IMG/VR virus record: IMGVR_UViG_3300023687_000086
Reading direction: 5' to 3' (one strand)
DNA: 64,000 bases
DNA from: an uncultured virus (IMG/VR IMGVR_UViG_3300023687_000086)
Lineage: Duplodnaviria; Heunggongvirae; Uroviricota; Caudoviricetes
In this document: in pieces, positions 59,218-64,000 of the stretch
How positions within the stretch are numbered: position 1 is the stretch's first letter
Layout of the letters: each line of letters begins with the position of its first letter
The notes under the pieces: model-generated
Seen by the model: only the letters and a program-made list of their open reading frames with translations
What the model was told of the DNA's origin: nothing
The model's database searches: none
Translations under genes and position numbers: made by a program

Positions 59218-60147
59218 ATGACAAAGTGGACAAAAGAAGATGCCGAATACAACAAGTATCAAAGAGGAAAAAACGGCAGCACTAAAAGTTCGCTAGAAAT
59301 TACATTGGAACGTGCAAAGGATATTCCATTGTATTCGTCTGAAGAAGAGTTACGCGTATTTACTGAATATAAAAGTAATCCGACCACAGAACTACGAGAC
59401 GAAATTGTTATGCACAACTTAAGACTCGTGTCATCCGTGGTTATGTCATACAAAGGAACAAATATATTGAGCCAGGATGACCTGTTCCAGCAGGGTATTC
59501 TAGGATTGCTTAGAGCTATCGAAAAATTCGAGCCGGATAAGGGATATAAGTTTTCTACTTATGCAGTATGGTGGATTCGTCAGTCAATAGGTAGACATAT
59601 CGATGATGCGGAACGAACGATTCGAGTTCCAATCCATGCAATGGATTTATATAAGAAGGTAAATCGACTCCAAAATGAAAGAGCCTTGGCGAACAAGCAG
59701 CCGTACACAAGAGATGAACTTAAAAGCATATTAGGCAAAACGGATCTTGAACTTGATGCGATTGCATCGATTCGCGGTTCCGAAACGGTATCTATTTCAT
59801 CCGTGGTATCGGAAGAACATGGTGAAGCAACAGAGCTTGGCGATTTCATCGAAGATCCGAATTGGAACAAAAAATTTTTGGATATCGAAATGGGATCGTT
59901 AAAGGGTTGTTTTGAAGAATGTCTCCAGAATTACCTATCAAATCCAAACTTTGAAACAAGTAGAGAGCGTACGGAAGGTATCCTTAGACGGCGTCTGGGA
60001 CTAAATCCGGATGGAACTATAGAAACATTAGAAGAAATTGGAAAGGATTATGGCATTACGAGAGAAAGAGTTCGGCAAATCGAGGCTAAATTTATGAAAT
60101 ACTTAAGTCGACCTTACAATATACGTAAGTTAAGAGAGTTTTTATGA
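59218..60147 (+). CDS. RpoD-like sigma-70 factor lacking region 1.1
   Basis: HNLRLV, DLFQQG, KFSTYAVWWIRQ, RTIRVP, TLEEIG...TRERVRQIE. Confidence 0.93.
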   Translation: MTKWTKEDAEYNKYQRGKNGSTKSSLEITLERAKDIPLYSSEEELRVFTEYKSNPTTELRDEIVMHNLRLVSSVVMSYKGTNILSQDDLFQQGILGLLRAIEKFEPDKGYKFSTYAVWWIRQSIGRHIDDAERTIRVPIHAMDLYKKVNRLQNERALANKQPYTRDELKSILGKTDLELDAIASIRGSETVSISSVVSEEHGEATELGDFIEDPNWNKKFLDIEMGSLKGCFEECLQNYLSNPNFETSRERTEGILRRRLGLNPDGTIETLEEIGKDYGITRERVRQIEAKFMKYLSRPYNIRKLREFL

Positions 60148-60884
60148 AAGTAGCAACAAATCGTCAAAGACGCTTCATATTTCTTTGGCGAATCATACAA
60201 AGTGCGAGCGTGGCCATGTTTTTGATTATGGCCATACTCGTAAACGCTCCAGTAAAAACTGGGTTAGCGGAGACCTATGAACCGGTAGAAACGTTCTTTA
60301 AAGATGTTGACGCACAACAATTAAAGTCGTATCAGTGGTCCGAAATTATAACAGAAAAGGCGCGATTTGATATACCAACATCGTTTAAAAAGAACGGAAT
60401 AACAAAAGAATATACCGGATTCAAGGCATTCGAAAATACAAACAAAATTACATATGGAAAGGCTGGATGGCTTAATCGAATTTCAATTACAAACGAAAAT
60501 GGGTTCCAAGTCGTACATGATCGTTATTTGGTAGCAGTTGGTACGTACTTTGATATGGAAATCGGTCAGTACTTCGACATTGTACTGGAGAATGGAACTA
60601 CAATCCCATGCATTATGGGGGATACAAAAGCTGACGTGGATACAGATGATGGTAACATATTTACCGCAAACTGTGCCTGCGCAACTGAATTTATCGTAAC
60701 ACAAAGCAAGTTGCCGTATGAAGTGAACAATGCAGGCGATGTAAGTAAATTAAATGCAAGCTGGGAATCAAAGGTTTCACAAATTATCGTATATGAGAAT
60801 GTGTATAACGAAGAACAGTATCAAAAGGATCTTACATCAGAATCAGAAGTTGAGAATGTAGATCGCATCATGGAGGTGGGCTGA
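60144..60884 (+). CDS. Membrane-anchored protein, possible 3D/lytic-transglycosylase-like barrel
   Basis: N-terminal TM helix; YLVAVGTYF...IPCIMGDTKA. Confidence 0.45.
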   Translation: MKVATNRQRRFIFLWRIIQSASVAMFLIMAILVNAPVKTGLAETYEPVETFFKDVDAQQLKSYQWSEIITEKARFDIPTSFKKNGITKEYTGFKAFENTNKITYGKAGWLNRISITNENGFQVVHDRYLVAVGTYFDMEIGQYFDIVLENGTTIPCIMGDTKADVDTDDGNIFTANCACATEFIVTQSKLPYEVNNAGDVSKLNASWESKVSQIIVYENVYNEEQYQKDLTSESEVENVDRIMEVG

Positions 60885-61465
60885 TGACTTATGTAATATA
60901 CATATCAATTTACCTGGGTATAATTGCATTATTTCTACCAGGATTAGAAAAGAAAGGCTTGATTAAAACGGTACCGGTAAAAGAAATCGGTATGATAATT
61001 GCTGCAGCAGCAATAACAACTGGTTTGATTAATGTCGCGATAAATGTAGCAAATAAGATGCAGATAACAAGTGCAACCGTGTACAACAAACAAATTGCGG
61101 AGTCTTTTGATGTGCAAACACCAATTGGAATCACAATTTTAGTTACAGCTGTTTTAACACCGATTATAGAGGAGTTTCTATTTAGATTCGCAGCAATTGG
61201 TCTTATCGAAAAATTCACAAGAAATGTGCCGCAACAAACGGCATTCTGCATCATAACGGCTTCCGTTATTTTCGGAGCTTTCCATTCGGTGCAAATTCAA
61301 AAACTGTACGGTATGGTGTGCGGTCTAATTCTTGGCCTTTTATATTGTTACGAAGTGACGCTTAGTCGGGACGGAATAAAGCTTAAGGAAAATCGGAATA
61401 TTGTCCGACCAATTATATTTCACATAACAGTCAATACAATCGGCTGTATTACCTATTTTATGTAG
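60884..61465 (+). CDS. CPBP (Abi/CAAX) intramembrane metalloprotease
   Basis: EEFLFR, FGAFH, HITVN. Confidence 0.88.
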   Translation: MTYVIYISIYLGIIALFLPGLEKKGLIKTVPVKEIGMIIAAAAITTGLINVAINVANKMQITSATVYNKQIAESFDVQTPIGITILVTAVLTPIIEEFLFRFAAIGLIEKFTRNVPQQTAFCIITASVIFGAFHSVQIQKLYGMVCGLILGLLYCYEVTLSRDGIKLKENRNIVRPIIFHITVNTIGCITYFM

Positions 61466-61478
61466 AAAGGAAATAACT

Positions 61479-62570
61479 ATGTTAAAGAATCGAATAATTG
61501 CATTAGGATTAAGTGCTTTAATTAGTACGTTGGCGTTAACAGGATGTTCTTTTGGCTCTGGAGAAGGCCAACAGGAGTACCAGACGGATGTTAATTCGAT
61601 CGTATATAACACACTAACAGAAAACCAGAAATCGATGTATCGAGATCTTACGAACGGCGTTAAAAATTATAACGAGAAAATCGAATTAAGCGGTACCCTT
61701 GATGATATTAAGATTGTCTACGAAGCGATGATTGCGGATCATCCGGAAGTATTCTATACCGACGGTTACGTCTACAATGAAAAGAAAACATTGTTCGGAA
61801 AGAGCACAAATAAGCTCGTTATGTATCCGAACTATCTGTACGACGAAAACGAAGTAGCAACCATTGATGCAACAATTGAAAAAGAAGCGAATGCTCTTGT
61901 GGCTGGTATTGACATGAGTGCGTCTGATTATGAAAAGTCGGAAGCTGCTTATGAAGCGTTGTTATTATATACCGAGTATGATGCAACAAATGACACGAAC
62001 CAAACGGTTGCATCCACCTTTATGAACAAAAAGTCTGGATGTGGCGGATATGCGCAAGCATATAGCCTGCTGCTGCAGAAATTAAATATTCCAAGCGCAA
62101 CCATCACCGGCACGTTAAGTGACATGGCTCACATGTGGAATGTATCTGTCCTGGATGGTAAGAATTACTTATCAGATCCAACGAATGGAGATATCACACT
62201 GATTTCCGCAAAAGGAAATGAATCTGCGTATGTAAATTATGGATATCTAAACATCCATCCGGATTTTACAGCAAATTACGTACCAAACGAGTTGTTTAGT
62301 GGAATCGAATTTGTCGATACCGATGCAAACTATTTTATGCAGCATGGATTATTCTTCGAATCGTACAATGCTGATATGATTTCCGCTGCAATTAATAGTG
62401 CTAAGGAACGCGGTGATGCAAGCATCACGGTAGCCTTTAAAGATGCTATTGGCCTTCGAATCGCAGAAAGTGATCTGTTCTCAGACAAGAGAATCCAATC
62501 TCTGTTAAACAATTTGAGCGTGGATTATATGGTAAATGATAGCGTCAATACGCTAACAATCATGTTATAA
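61479..62570 (+). CDS. Transglutaminase-like lipoprotein
   Basis: Lipobox LTGC; CGGYA, HMWN, DPT triad. Confidence 0.82.
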   Translation: MLKNRIIALGLSALISTLALTGCSFGSGEGQQEYQTDVNSIVYNTLTENQKSMYRDLTNGVKNYNEKIELSGTLDDIKIVYEAMIADHPEVFYTDGYVYNEKKTLFGKSTNKLVMYPNYLYDENEVATIDATIEKEANALVAGIDMSASDYEKSEAAYEALLLYTEYDATNDTNQTVASTFMNKKSGCGGYAQAYSLLLQKLNIPSATITGTLSDMAHMWNVSVLDGKNYLSDPTNGDITLISAKGNESAYVNYGYLNIHPDFTANYVPNELFSGIEFVDTDANYFMQHGLFFESYNADMISAAINSAKERGDASITVAFKDAIGLRIAESDLFSDKRIQSLLNNLSVDYMVNDSVNTLTIML

Positions 62571-62665
62571 GACTAAGCTGGGACCTAATTTGGTCCTAGC
62601 TTTTTTTTTATTTCCAAAATACCTTTTCATATTTAGTGTATCAACATAGAAAGGAACAAAAAGCA

Positions 62666-63484
62666 ATGAAGCAAAAAGCAATTACAAGACTTCGAATATC
62701 GTCCGTATTGATGACGATTTATTTCGTAGTATTTTTCCTGATCAACTTTAACTATATCGAGTCGTTAAATGAGTTCTTCTCGATCCTGGCTAACGATACG
62801 AATTTTTCGAATTCCGTAAACACGGGCAGATACGAGATGAACGCAGAATTCATTCGAAAAGAATTGATTCTTGGAGCCGTTGGTATCGCAATCATCGGAT
62901 TTGAAATTTCTTGCATCGCTCGATTGATCCACATTTATAAAGACCTGGCATTTAAGGATCCACTTACCGGTTCATTATCTAGAGCTTCTCTAAACGAAAC
63001 ATTCGATAAGCTGGAGAAGCAAAAGAAGGTAAAAGAGATTACGTACTTCTTATTTGATATGAACTATTTGAAGCAGGTTAATGATGGTTACGGCCATAAA
63101 ATCGGTGACGATTTCTTAATTGCGATGTCAAAGTGCATCTGTAGTGCATTTAAAGGAATCGGCGATGTATATCGTTTGGCCGGTGACGAGTTTGTAGCGA
63201 TTGTTACTAAGCCAGAAGAATTGGATCCGGAGCGATTGATTGGTCGCATCGATAAAGAAGTAGATGTATACAACACATCATACAACCGGACCAAAGTAGA
63301 TCTATCGTTTTCGAAGGGCTATTATACCGGTCCGTATGATTACCAGGACACGTATTTTAGAGACACTCTGTATACATTAGCAGACAATGCAATGTACGAG
63401 GAGAAGGAAGCGTTCCATCAGCTGCATCCAAGAGATGAGCGAATTGATCGCGTAACAAAAGAAGTTATCGTAAGACGTTTATAG
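62666..63484 (+). CDS. Membrane diguanylate cyclase (AGDEF variant)
   Basis: Two TM helices; DPLTG, DMNYLKQVNDGYGH, RLAGDEF, ADNAMY. Confidence 0.9.
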   Translation: MKQKAITRLRISSVLMTIYFVVFFLINFNYIESLNEFFSILANDTNFSNSVNTGRYEMNAEFIRKELILGAVGIAIIGFEISCIARLIHIYKDLAFKDPLTGSLSRASLNETFDKLEKQKKVKEITYFLFDMNYLKQVNDGYGHKIGDDFLIAMSKCICSAFKGIGDVYRLAGDEFVAIVTKPEELDPERLIGRIDKEVDVYNTSYNRTKVDLSFSKGYYTGPYDYQDTYFRDTLYTLADNAMYEEKEAFHQLHPRDERIDRVTKEVIVRRL

Positions 63485-63493
63485 GAGGATGAA

Positions 63494-63790
63494 ATGGTTA
63501 TTAGAGTAAACAAGCCCGGATTCAAGCCGGTGTCAAAGACCGTAACATTTGGTTATACTCCAGAGGAGTATGATGAAATTTTTGGAAGAGCGACACATAC
63601 CTTCCATTTTTATCCAACCAAGAACGAATCTGAGTTTTTGGTATGTGTAAATGAGATCGAAAGAGATCAGAAAGTGGGCACGTTGAAAGTGCTCGATATG
63701 AAAAAGGCTGGTAACCAGACGCTGGTTAATAGAGCTCTGACATTAGATTACGGATTAACTGAATCCGAATACGAAATAATTTTCGTATAA
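63494..63790 (+). CDS. Hypothetical protein
   Basis: RBS AGGAGG. Confidence 0.65.
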   Translation: MVIRVNKPGFKPVSKTVTFGYTPEEYDEIFGRATHTFHFYPTKNESEFLVCVNEIERDQKVGTLKVLDMKKAGNQTLVNRALTLDYGLTESEYEIIFV

Positions 63791-63791
63791 G

Positions 63792-63821
63792 AAAAGAGGT
63801 ACCATTGGTACCTCTTATTTT
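63792..63821. terminator. Bidirectional terminator
   Basis: AAGAGGTACCA-T-TGGTACCTCTT between convergent genes. Confidence 0.7.
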
Positions 63822-64000
63822 ATTTCGACATTTTGAATCACATAAGAAAAAACATCCAATAATTCTTTTTTTGCATCCTCTGATATCGGCGCAAATTGAA
63901 CGAACTGTGTTAATCCGGTTTTAGCCGGCGACACATTCGGTTGTAATTGGCTAAGTACTTGTTTTTTATACGGGCAGGTAGGACAATTGATGCTACTAAG
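63815..64000 (-). CDS. 3' end of a gene entering from beyond the window
   Basis: Open frame from 64000 to TAA at 63815-63817. Confidence 0.5.
   Translation of the reverse strand, partial: LSSINCPTCPYKKQVLSQLQPNVSPAKTGLTQFVQFAPISEDAKKELLDVFSYVIQNVEIK

Noticed and set aside
216..63294. Many short ORFs antisense to or nested in the long genes
   Set aside because: Shadow frames lacking an RBS, promoter motif or recognisable domains
1..64000. Definite prophage or jumbo-phage call
   Set aside because: No terminase, portal, capsid, tail or integrase recognised; plasmid Rep/Par/Mob genes are present, so the element type stays open

Overview
This 64 kb window looks like part of a large low-GC Firmicute (Clostridia/Lachnospiraceae-like; host inferred) extrachromosomal element, either a megaplasmid or a phage-plasmid. 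I recognised no virion genes, rRNA, tRNA or CRISPR. Genes run leftward from 1 to 44.5 kb and mostly rightward after 46.6 kb. Replication and maintenance genes: DnaE, a DEDDh exonuclease, SSB, RecJ, topoisomerase III, ParA plus an RHH partner, two convergent Rep_3-like initiators each with its own phased iteron array, and a MobV relaxase. Other genes: an RpoD-like sigma factor, PIN-PhoH, ClpP, a PARP-like ADP-ribosyltransferase, surface proteins, two TnpB insertion elements and two putative toxin-antitoxin pairs. The main unexplained signals are: (1) about 30 transcription units preceded by T-tract/G-N16-18-CATATTTA(A/T), usually fused to the previous terminator; (2) a second motif, TTTGTCACAA-N11-ATGATACGTATT, in 5 invariant copies, one stacked with the first motif in front of the sigma gene; (3) a 1.45 kb mirror-symmetric non-coding block at the strand switch, with 34-bp terminal inverted repeats and about 13 palindromic boxes; (4) two unrelated TA-like gene pairs sharing an 83-bp promoter/structured leader and a terminator; (5) a structured leader RNA with two identical loops; and (6) a WxL-like secreted subunit/adhesin family whose main locus carries two disruptions. 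All protein calls come from motif recognition by eye, not database searches.
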